Below, one piece after another: positions 1-8,391 of a stretch of 58,233 nucleotides of DNA (positions are counted from its first letter, which is position 1; every line of letters starts with the position of its first letter). This stretch comes from an uncultured bacterium (GTDB lineage Bacteria; Planctomycetota; UBA1135; GCA-002748355). The translations under genes were made by a program, and so were the position numbers. The notes under the pieces are model-generated. The model saw nothing but the letters and a program-made list of their open reading frames with translations, was not told the DNA's origin and made no database searches. The stretch lies in contig CALLZN010000362.1 of NCBI GenBank assembly GCA_937858895.1, positions 1-58,233 on the forward strand, given 5' to 3'.

Positions 1-1
1 C

Positions 2-373
2 GTGCGGGCGCCGGTGGTCGACGTTTTCGGCCGCGTCGGCGACCGCCTCTCGGGCTACCAGGGCTTGAAGGTCTTCGTCGACGACAAGCCAGCGAGCGTC
101 AACATCGGCATCGGCACGAACGGCAGCTTCTTCTTGACTGGTGTTCCGCTGCGCCAAGCCTCGCCGCCCGAGGCGACCGAGATCCGCGTCTTCGCCGAGG
201 ACGCCGTTGGCAACCGTGCCGGCAAGAGCATCTGGGTGACCTACGTAGCACCCCCGCCACTCAGTCCGACCATCGACATCCTCGACGGCAATGCGTGCGG
301 CAAGTGCTGCCGAAGCTTCTGCGCGTGCGCCTGCGCGATGGGCAAGGTCAACCCTTCGCGAAGAAGACCGTGA
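2..373 (+). CDS. 5'-truncated Ig-like adhesin fragment, probably the upstream part of the giant surface protein (frame break near nt 293)
   Basis: Open frame enters from the left edge. The translation ...IRVFAEDAVGNRAGKSIWVTYVAPPPLSPTIDILDGNA looks like a beta-sandwich adhesin segment. After about nt 293 this frame turns into Cys/Arg junk (CGKCCRSFCACACA), while the neighbouring frame picks up sensible Ig-like sequence. Confidence 0.55.
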   Translation: MRAPVVDVFGRVGDRLSGYQGLKVFVDDKPASVNIGIGTNGSFFLTGVPLRQASPPEATEIRVFAEDAVGNRAGKSIWVTYVAPPPLSPTIDILDGNACGKCCRSFCACACAMGKVNPSRRRP

Positions 374-3300
374 CCTTCTCGGTCGAGCGCAACGACGGCA
401 CCTTGCTGCCGCCGGTCGGTGGCTTGCCCGAGCGCGTGGTGCAGACCGTGACCGATGACCAAGGCATCGCGAGCGTGCGCTGGATCCTCGGTAACGAGGC
501 CGGGGCTGGCAACCACCGCGTGCGCGCGGTGGCTCGCGACTTCGCGGGCGAAGCGCTCTTTTGCGCCGTCGCGCTGCCAGGGCAGGCCACCTTCGTCCAC
601 GTCGCCAACCTGCCGCGGCAGACGGCGGCCGTGCGCGGCCTCACGCCGGAGCCGCTCATGGTCTGGGTCCACGACGGCTGCAACGGCGTGCGCAACGTGC
701 CCGTGACCTTCAAGGTCCTCGAGGGCGGCGGCCTCGTCGACGGCCAGTCGCAGGCGACCGTCGTGTCGAGCGAGACTGGCAACGCGTCCGTCGTCTTTCA
801 ATGCGGACCCTATGCTGGCCCGCAGCGCGTCGAGGCGTCCTTCGCGGGACAGGTCAAGGGGCGCGCGGTCTTCCTCGTGAACGCGCTCGACGCCGGCGCC
901 AAGCCGACGACATCCTTCACCGGTGAAGTCCTCGACAACGCGGGGCGCGGCATCGGTGCAGCGCCGGTGCAGCTCGTCGTCAACGGCAAGCCGCAGACGC
1001 CGGTCATCACCGATCCGAAGGGACGCTTCGTGTTTCCGAACGTGAGCGAGTCGGGCGCTGGCCTCCTCCACATCGAGACGCGCCTTGCGACCCAGCTCGA
1101 CGGCCAGCCGATCCCGGTCGGCAGCTTCCCCGACATGGAGTTTCGACCGGTCATCGTGCCCCTGACCGAGAACACGCTCGGCGAGACCATCCGCATTCCG
1201 CCCCTCGATCCTGCGTCGTGGCGCATCGTCGACAACACGCAGGACGTCGAGCTCACGGTTCCCGAGCTGCCGGGTCTCAGCTTCGTCGTCAAGAAGGGTT
1301 CGATGCGCTACCGCGGCGTGCTCGCGAGCCCGACCAACCCGATTCCGGTTTCGGTCAACCAAGTGCACTTCGACGAAGTGCCGATGCCGCTGCCGAACGG
1401 CACGGCTTTGCCCTTCGCTTGGACGTTGCAGCCGGCGGGTGCGACCTTCGACCCGCCGATCGAGCTGCGCATGCCGAACATGGGCGGGCTCGCGCCGGGC
1501 GCGCTCTGCTACTTCTTGAGCTATGACCACGACGTCGAGCGCTTCGACATCGTGGCGACCGGCGCGGTCAGCGATGACGGCGCGCAGCTCGTGAGCGACC
1601 CGGGCACGGGCATCGCCAAGGCGGGCTGGGGCGGGGCCTGCCCCCCCTATCCGAACCTCGGCGCCATGCTGCGCGACCTCTGCGGCGACGACATCGTCGA
1701 CGCGGTCACCGACCGCCTCAAGAAGAGCGGTCGCCAATCGATCAGCCTCGAGGACTTCGTCCAGGAGCTCATCGAAGAAGGCTGTGGCCAAGAGCAAGGC
1801 GGTGGCGGCGGCGGCTCACCGCCGGACTGGTCGAACGACTACAGCGAGAACAACTGGCACCGCGCGGCCGACCGCCTCGAGGACGCCGACGCCATCCGCA
1901 ACAACATGCCGGCGCCCTTCCGCGACCCGGTCGGCGAGCAGGTGCCCGACTGGGTCGGCGACGACGGCGACATGAGCGACGACGACGCTTCGTTCTTGGC
2001 GCAGAACTTCGGCCAAGACCCACAGTGGCTCGACGGGCCGATGCAGGCCGATTCGATCCCGCGCCTCGTCGAGCGCGGCTGGACACCGGCGCGCATCCGC
2101 GACGAACACAGCGCCTGGGTCAACAACGCGATGCGCAACGCGATCCAGACCATGCGGAACAGCGGCCGCATCTCGGGCTGGGTCGCCGATGCGGCCCTCG
2201 AGCTGGCGCCCGTACAATCGCTGCATTGGAACGAGACCCTGCTCGCGATGGCGCCCATGCTGCGGCCCGTCAACAAGGGCAGCGTGAGCAGCTACCCGAC
2301 GCTGCCGGCTGCGCTCACGCGCGGGCAACTCGAGTCGCCGACGCTCGCTGCGCGCGGGACCCTGCGCGTGACGGCGCCGGGCAATGCCTTCTTCTTGCCG
2401 GTCGGGCCGACGCAGACCTACCAACTGGCGGTCCGACGCACGAGCGACAACGCCGACCTGACACTCGGCTCGACGGGCACCAAGTACTTCGTCAGCGACG
2501 GCAGCCAGGTCTACAGCGTCACGAGCGACGGCCTCTTGTCGACGCCGCTCTTGCCGGCGAGCTTGCCGAACCAGGCGCGCAAGCTGCACATCTTCGTGCG
2601 CAACGGCACGGACTACGGCATCGGCCAGTTCGCGGTCACGGACCGCGACACCGATGGGGACATGATCGTCGACAGTTGGGAACGCTTGACGGGGCTCAAT
2701 CCCTTCGTCGACCAGGGCAAGGACGGCGACATCGACCAGGACGGCTTGCGCGATGCGCACGAATGCGTGATCGGCAGCAACCCGAACGTCTTCGACAGCG
2801 ACCGCGACGGCGTACGCGATGGCGACGAAGTCGAGCAAGGATCGGACGTCCTGAACAGCCTGCGCACGAGCCCGGAGGTCGATAGCAGCTTCGAGGTCCA
2901 AGTCGGGACGCAGCGCGCGCGCGCTTCGCTCGCCGGCTCGTGGCGCGTCGACAACGTGCCGATCAACTTGAACCCGGTGCGCGCCCGCCTTCGTGGCTTG
3001 GTCGCCGGCCAGGACGCCTTTGCTGCGTCGGCATACGTCGACATCGTCGGCAACAACGGCCGGGTCGCGGCGCCCATGCAAGCGGTCAGCCGGACGCGCA
3101 TCCTCGATCCCGTCAAGCTGCGCTCGACGTCGACGCGCACGACCTTCGACCAGCTCGGCCAGCGCGCGGCCCTCAAGGTCGAAGCCAACTACGGCGGCAC
3201 TGCGTTCAGCGACGTCACGCTGCGCACGCTGGGCACGCGCTACGCTTCGAGCAACCCACGCATCCTGAACGTCGACAACGCCGGTGGCCTCACGGCGCGC

Positions 3301-6300
3301 GGGGCTGGCGTCGTCTTCGTGACGGCGACCAACGAGGGCGTGTCGACAACGACGCCGGCCTTCGTCTCGCCCGGCGACCTCTTCACGACGGTCGAGGGCT
3401 TCGTCTACCTGAGCGATCAGACGCCGGCGCAAGCAGCGACTGTCGTCGTCCAGCCCGGCGGCCTCGTGACTCAAACCGACCAGGACGGGCGCTTCCGCTT
3501 CGAAGGCATACCGACCAAGCTCGGGACCATCGCGGTCAGCGCCTACAAAGATGTCGCCGGCACCATGCTGGTCGGTGTCGCGGATGAACTCGACGTGATG
3601 CCAGGCGGCATCACCGACGCCGGGGTGATCACGCTCGGACGCGGCAACTACTGGACGAGCGACGCGGGCGGCGACTTTCACGACGCGACCAAGTGGAGCT
3701 TGCAGCGCGTGCCCGGTCCCGACGACATCGCGGTCATCAACCGGCCTTCGCCGACGACGACCGTGTGGATCCGGACGCCGGTTCACGTGCGCGCCATCGT
3801 CAACACCGAGCGCCTCTACACGACCGACGGCGGGGTCCTCGAATGCGACGCGCCGATCGCCCTCGATGGCACCTTCGACCTCTACAACAGCGGGCGCTGG
3901 AAGGGCATTCGCATCGCGCCGGGCAGCGGCACAGCGACGATCCGTGGACCAGGCACGCTCGAGAACTGCTCGATCGGCGGCCGTGTCGATGTCTTCGCGG
4001 CGGGCGTCGTGATCGATGGCGGCCTCACAGTCGACGGCAACCTCGTCCTCCAGAACGTGCCGCTCATTTTGCCTGGCAACCGCCGCATCGATGGCTCGGG
4101 CGCGATCACGCTCGTCCGCTCGGGTTCGACCTTCGCGACCCTCGCGTCCTCGGGCGGCAGCCTCACGATCGGTCCGAGCCTCACGGTCCAGGGCGGCGGC
4201 GAGCTCGGGATCGCGACCGAAGGCCTCGTGATCGAAGGCACGGTCGTCGCCTTCCAAGGCACGCTGGCAGTACGCGGTGCGGCTTGGGTCTGCAACGGCG
4301 CGCTAGCGACGAACGGTACCGGGCGCCTCGCCCTCGAGGACGACGGGACCCTGCGCGGCAACGTCGACAATCCGGGCGGCATTTGTGACGTCAACGCGGT
4401 CCTCGACCTCGATGGCGGCGCGCGTACTGTGATCGGCACGATCAGTATTCGTAGTACGGGTCGCGCGCGGAATGGCCGCTTCACCGGCAACGACAGCACC
4501 GTGATCTGCTCGAACGGCAGCATCCTCGAAGACATGGTCCTCGACGGCACGGTCACGATGCCTGCAGGCGCCATCGTCCACATCGCTGGCCGTGGCCTCA
4601 CGATCAATGGCGTCGCCTCGATCAGCGGCGGGCAGTTCAGCTCGGATGGCGGCTACTTCCGCTTCTCGGGCAACCAAGTCCTCGACGGCATTGGCGAGGT
4701 TCGCATGTTGCCCGGCACGAACAGCAATGGAATGCAACTGCTGGCGGGCACGACCCTGCGCTGCGGGGCCGAGCTCTGGATCCACGGCACGGGTGAGATC
4801 GAAGGCGACGCAACGACGAGGGTCATCTTCGATGGACGCCTGAGCGCCGACACGGCGAATCGCATCCTCTGGCTGCGCGCGCCCTGGTCGTGCAGTGGCA
4901 GCCTCGAAGCGACGACCGGCACGTTGATCGTCGACGATGCCGGCACGAGCACGGGCCGGATCGACGGCACGGGGCGCGTGGTCTTCTACAAGGACGTGGA
5001 CTTCGCGTCGACGACGACCGAGGTCAGCGGCACCCTCGCCTTCCGCGGCGTGCTCGCGAACGGCACGCTCACCGGCAACGGCAAGCTCGTCAGCGACAGC
5101 ACGACGGGAGCGGTCCTCGATTCCATGCGGGTCGCGTGCGCAGCCGAGATCCCGCAGAGCTTCTTGATCACGGTGCGCAACGGCCTCGTCCTCGACGGCC
5201 ACCTACGCATGCTGCCGGGTTCGTCGGGCCTCTACACGCGGCTCGCCTTCGAGGGCACGCAGAGCGTGAGCGGGACGGGGCGCATCGAGTTTGCGGGTTC
5301 GAGCATCTGGCGCGAGATCCTGATCGGCGCGGCGGCGACCGTGGATTTTGGTCCCGGCATCCGCTTCGACGGCAACGGCGGCATCGTCTCGGGTGGGACC
5401 TTGCGCGTCGACGGCACGATCGCGTGCACGGGGACGAACCAAACCAAGCGCATCACTGCAAATTGGGAGTGCCGCGGCGCGGTCACAGCGAGCGCCGGCG
5501 GCTACCTCTACTTCACGGGCGATGGCACTCTGCGCGGCGCGAACCTCGCGGTCGAACCCGGCTCACAACTCCGCGTCGGTGATGTCGACTTCGCCGGCGC
5601 CACGACGACGCTGAGCGGGGCCATGGAGATCGGCGGCCTGCTGCGCAACGGCACACTCACGGGCCCTGGCTCGGCGTCGCTCGTGAGCGAAAGCGCCTTC
5701 GATGGTATGACCTGCGGCATCGATGTCGGCTGGTCGGTCTGGGGTCTCACTGTGCGCAACAGCCTCGTCCTCGACGCAGCGACGCTGCGCCTCGACAACG
5801 GTTCGAGCGGCTTGCACACGCGCCTCCTCTTCGAGGGAACGCAGACGGTCAGCGGCAGCGGCGAGATCCACGCCAACGGGACTGGCGTGTGGAAGGACCT
5901 GAGTGGTGCCGCCGGCAGCAAGGTCACGATCGCGGCCGGCATCCCCATCCGCGGCGGCTTCGTGCGCGTGTCGATCGTCGACATGACCATCCTCGGCGAC
6001 ATCCTCTGCGAGTCGTCGACGATGCAGTTCCAAGGACCGTGGCAGCACAGCGGCCGCCTCGAAGCGAAGAACGACGGCCAGCTCATCATGAGCGGCGCTG
6101 GGATCAAGACAGGCCCGATCGTCCAGTCGGGGACCGCTGGGCTGCGCCTTGGCAACACCGATCTGCAGAACACAGTCGTAAGCGTGACCGGGGCGATCGA
6201 GCTTGCCGGAACCATCGCCAACGGCACCCTGAACGGTACGGGCGCAAGCGCCGTCTACATCAACTCGGTCCTGAGCAACATCGTGCTCCAGATTCCATGC

Positions 6301-8391
6301 ACGGTGAGCCAGCGCATCCTCGACCTCGACGCGGTGACCCTCGACTCCGACATCATCCTGGTGAATGGCAACAGCAACGCTCGTTCGACGCTGCGCTGCT
6401 TGACCAACCAAACGATCAACGGCTCGGGCAGCATCCTCATGCCGGGCAACGGTCCCTTCCGCGACATCACGGCCAACGCTGGCGTGACGGTGCGCTTCGG
6501 CCCGGGTGTCGAGATCCGCGGTGGCGACACGCAGATCTCGGTTCCGAACCTCGAGGTCGACGGCCTGCTCGAGTCGAACGTCGACACGCGGCAAGTCAAT
6601 GTCTCCGGCACCTGGCTCTGTCGTGGGACGCTGCGCACGGTCGGCACTGCGCGCCTCGTCTGCACAGCCAACGGCACGTTGCTCGGCGCGAGCCTCGAGT
6701 GTGCATCGCCCGGGCAACTCGAAGTGCGGGGCCTCGAGCTCGGCGCTTCGACTTCGACGGTCACGGGCCAAGTGCGCGCTGGCGGCACGATCCAGAACGG
6801 CACGCTCGGCGGCACGGGCGAGCTCTTCTTCTTCACGAACTCGACGTTGTCGAATCTTCAGCTCGACTGCAACGCGGCCTTCGACGGCCCGCAGGTGACG
6901 ATCGCCGGTCTCACGTTGAACGGCACGATGACCGCGCGCGGCACGACGACGACGGGCATTTCGACGGTCTACGTCAACGGCACGCAGACCATCCTCGGCA
7001 GCGGCAAGATCGCGATGGCCGGTACGACTCGTCCGACGGCTTGGGGCGGCACGACGACGACGACGATCACGCTTGGCCCGGGCTTGACGCTCGAGAACAC
7101 GAGCGGATCGTGCGCGCTCGGCAACCGACCCTTCGTGAATCAAGGCACGATCGAAGTCCTCGCCGGTCGCTTGTACCAAGGCACGGCCTTGACGGCCGCG
7201 CAGTCGAACAGCGGCACCTTGCGCGTGCGCGGCGGCGAGCTCGAGCTCTCGGGTCTCTGGACGAACAGCGGAGCTGTGATCGTCGACAGCGGCGGCACTC
7301 TCGACGGCGTCAACACCGGCCTCGACTTGGTGACGAGCACCCTGCAGAACGACGGCGCGGTGACCGGGCGCTGGACCTTCACCAACGGCATCCTCGCGGG
7401 CAGCGGCACGACGACGCTCGGGCAGAGCTCGGTGCTCGACACGATGCGCCTCGACCAGGACGTGCTCGCGGCCTCGACCATCACGGTGCGAGGCAGCTTG
7501 GTCGTGAACGGGGTGTTGACCTCGCGCTTCACGACGAGCGGTACCGGTGTCGTCAACTTCGTCGGCAGCACGAGCTACGACGTCTCGGGCAGCGGCAAGA
7601 TCGTGCTCGAGAACGCGACCTTCGCGCTCGGCAACAATGCGACCCTGCGGCTCGCGACGGGCATGAGCCTCGAGGGCTATGGTTCGATCACGAGTGCTGG
7701 CACGACGCCGCGCTTCGAGTGCTCGGGGACGCTCGCGGCCAACGTCGCGACGCGCACGCTGCGCGTCAGCGTCGACTTCTTCGACGTGAGGCCCGGTGGC
7801 GCGGTCTCGGTCACGAACGGAGCCACGCTCAACCTCGATGCCTCGACGACCAATGCGACGAACGCCGGCACGCTCTTCGTCGAAGCGGGCTCGCGCGTCG
7901 ACGCTTCGCTTGCCTTCACGCAGAGCGCGGGCACGACGACCATCGACGGCACCAGGGCCTTCGGCCAAGCGACATCGAGCTTGCGCATCCAGGGTGGCAC
8001 GCTCGCAGGCTCCGGCACGATCAGCCTCGGCTCGGTCGTCCTCGACGGGCGCTTGGAGCCAGGCGGCGCGAACGCGACCGGCGTGCTGACGATCGGCGCT
8101 AGCCTTACCTGTAGCAGCACGGCGGTCATCGCGGTCGAGCTCGCGGGCACGACGGTCGGCAGCGGCTACGACCGCGTAGCGGTCGCTGGCACCCTCAACC
8201 TCACGGGCACGCTCGAGGTCGCCCTGGTCGGGACCTACGTGCCCGACATACCCGACCCCTTCGATGTCCTGACTTGGGGCACGCGCAACGGCAGCTTCGC
8301 GACGACGAACGGCTTGACGCTGCCCGGCAGCAAGAAGCTCGTCCCGACCTATGGCACTTCGGCTCTGACCCTGACGACGGCGAACCAGTGA
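295..8391 (+). CDS. Giant secreted or surface adhesin-like protein (2698 aa in this frame): Ig-like (Big_1-type) domains, CarboxypepD_reg-like domains, thrombospondin type-3 Ca-binding repeats, long parallel beta-helix repeat region
   Basis: Big_1-like strings: LRVRLRDGQGQPFAKKTVTFSV and LMVWVHDGCNGVRNVPVTFKVLEGGG. CarboxypepD_reg-like: GEVLDNAGRGIGAAPVQLVVNG...TDPKGRFVFPNV and GFVYLSDQTPAQAATVVVQPGG...TDQDGRFRFEGIP. TSP3-like: DTDGDMIVDSWERLTGLNPFVDQGKDGDIDQDGLRDAHE...DSDRDGVRDGDE (about nt 2640-2850). From about nt 3800 come Gly/Thr/Leu-rich beta-helix modules. The C-terminus GSGYDRVAVAGTLNLTGTLEVALVG...FDVLTW is typical of large repeat adhesins. Confidence 0.85.
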   Translation: MRQVLPKLLRVRLRDGQGQPFAKKTVTFSVERNDGTLLPPVGGLPERVVQTVTDDQGIASVRWILGNEAGAGNHRVRAVARDFAGEALFCAVALPGQATFVHVANLPRQTAAVRGLTPEPLMVWVHDGCNGVRNVPVTFKVLEGGGLVDGQSQATVVSSETGNASVVFQCGPYAGPQRVEASFAGQVKGRAVFLVNALDAGAKPTTSFTGEVLDNAGRGIGAAPVQLVVNGKPQTPVITDPKGRFVFPNVSESGAGLLHIETRLATQLDGQPIPVGSFPDMEFRPVIVPLTENTLGETIRIPPLDPASWRIVDNTQDVELTVPELPGLSFVVKKGSMRYRGVLASPTNPIPVSVNQVHFDEVPMPLPNGTALPFAWTLQPAGATFDPPIELRMPNMGGLAPGALCYFLSYDHDVERFDIVATGAVSDDGAQLVSDPGTGIAKAGWGGACPPYPNLGAMLRDLCGDDIVDAVTDRLKKSGRQSISLEDFVQELIEEGCGQEQGGGGGGSPPDWSNDYSENNWHRAADRLEDADAIRNNMPAPFRDPVGEQVPDWVGDDGDMSDDDASFLAQNFGQDPQWLDGPMQADSIPRLVERGWTPARIRDEHSAWVNNAMRNAIQTMRNSGRISGWVADAALELAPVQSLHWNETLLAMAPMLRPVNKGSVSSYPTLPAALTRGQLESPTLAARGTLRVTAPGNAFFLPVGPTQTYQLAVRRTSDNADLTLGSTGTKYFVSDGSQVYSVTSDGLLSTPLLPASLPNQARKLHIFVRNGTDYGIGQFAVTDRDTDGDMIVDSWERLTGLNPFVDQGKDGDIDQDGLRDAHECVIGSNPNVFDSDRDGVRDGDEVEQGSDVLNSLRTSPEVDSSFEVQVGTQRARASLAGSWRVDNVPINLNPVRARLRGLVAGQDAFAASAYVDIVGNNGRVAAPMQAVSRTRILDPVKLRSTSTRTTFDQLGQRAALKVEANYGGTAFSDVTLRTLGTRYASSNPRILNVDNAGGLTARGAGVVFVTATNEGVSTTTPAFVSPGDLFTTVEGFVYLSDQTPAQAATVVVQPGGLVTQTDQDGRFRFEGIPTKLGTIAVSAYKDVAGTMLVGVADELDVMPGGITDAGVITLGRGNYWTSDAGGDFHDATKWSLQRVPGPDDIAVINRPSPTTTVWIRTPVHVRAIVNTERLYTTDGGVLECDAPIALDGTFDLYNSGRWKGIRIAPGSGTATIRGPGTLENCSIGGRVDVFAAGVVIDGGLTVDGNLVLQNVPLILPGNRRIDGSGAITLVRSGSTFATLASSGGSLTIGPSLTVQGGGELGIATEGLVIEGTVVAFQGTLAVRGAAWVCNGALATNGTGRLALEDDGTLRGNVDNPGGICDVNAVLDLDGGARTVIGTISIRSTGRARNGRFTGNDSTVICSNGSILEDMVLDGTVTMPAGAIVHIAGRGLTINGVASISGGQFSSDGGYFRFSGNQVLDGIGEVRMLPGTNSNGMQLLAGTTLRCGAELWIHGTGEIEGDATTRVIFDGRLSADTANRILWLRAPWSCSGSLEATTGTLIVDDAGTSTGRIDGTGRVVFYKDVDFASTTTEVSGTLAFRGVLANGTLTGNGKLVSDSTTGAVLDSMRVACAAEIPQSFLITVRNGLVLDGHLRMLPGSSGLYTRLAFEGTQSVSGTGRIEFAGSSIWREILIGAAATVDFGPGIRFDGNGGIVSGGTLRVDGTIACTGTNQTKRITANWECRGAVTASAGGYLYFTGDGTLRGANLAVEPGSQLRVGDVDFAGATTTLSGAMEIGGLLRNGTLTGPGSASLVSESAFDGMTCGIDVGWSVWGLTVRNSLVLDAATLRLDNGSSGLHTRLLFEGTQTVSGSGEIHANGTGVWKDLSGAAGSKVTIAAGIPIRGGFVRVSIVDMTILGDILCESSTMQFQGPWQHSGRLEAKNDGQLIMSGAGIKTGPIVQSGTAGLRLGNTDLQNTVVSVTGAIELAGTIANGTLNGTGASAVYINSVLSNIVLQIPCTVSQRILDLDAVTLDSDIILVNGNSNARSTLRCLTNQTINGSGSILMPGNGPFRDITANAGVTVRFGPGVEIRGGDTQISVPNLEVDGLLESNVDTRQVNVSGTWLCRGTLRTVGTARLVCTANGTLLGASLECASPGQLEVRGLELGASTSTVTGQVRAGGTIQNGTLGGTGELFFFTNSTLSNLQLDCNAAFDGPQVTIAGLTLNGTMTARGTTTTGISTVYVNGTQTILGSGKIAMAGTTRPTAWGGTTTTTITLGPGLTLENTSGSCALGNRPFVNQGTIEVLAGRLYQGTALTAAQSNSGTLRVRGGELELSGLWTNSGAVIVDSGGTLDGVNTGLDLVTSTLQNDGAVTGRWTFTNGILAGSGTTTLGQSSVLDTMRLDQDVLAASTITVRGSLVVNGVLTSRFTTSGTGVVNFVGSTSYDVSGSGKIVLENATFALGNNATLRLATGMSLEGYGSITSAGTTPRFECSGTLAANVATRTLRVSVDFFDVRPGGAVSVTNGATLNLDASTTNATNAGTLFVEAGSRVDASLAFTQSAGTTTIDGTRAFGQATSSLRIQGGTLAGSGTISLGSVVLDGRLEPGGANATGVLTIGASLTCSSTAVIAVELAGTTVGSGYDRVAVAGTLNLTGTLEVALVGTYVPDIPDPFDVLTWGTRNGSFATTNGLTLPGSKKLVPTYGTSALTLTTANQ
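3790..7900 (+). repeat. About seven divergent tandem protein modules (about 170-205 aa, 510-585 nt each) inside the giant adhesin
   Basis: Recurring module landmarks: DVDFASTTTEVSGTLAFRGVLANGTLTGNG (about nt 4996), DVDFAGATTTLSGAMEIGGLLRNGTLTGPG (nt 5581), NTDLQNTVVSVTGAIELAGTIANGTLNGTG (nt 6153), LELGASTSTVTGQVRAGGTIQNGTLGGTG (nt 6733). Each is followed by ...VRNxLVLDxxLRxxxGSSGLxTRLxFEGTQxVSGxG...-type strands. Confidence 0.6.
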
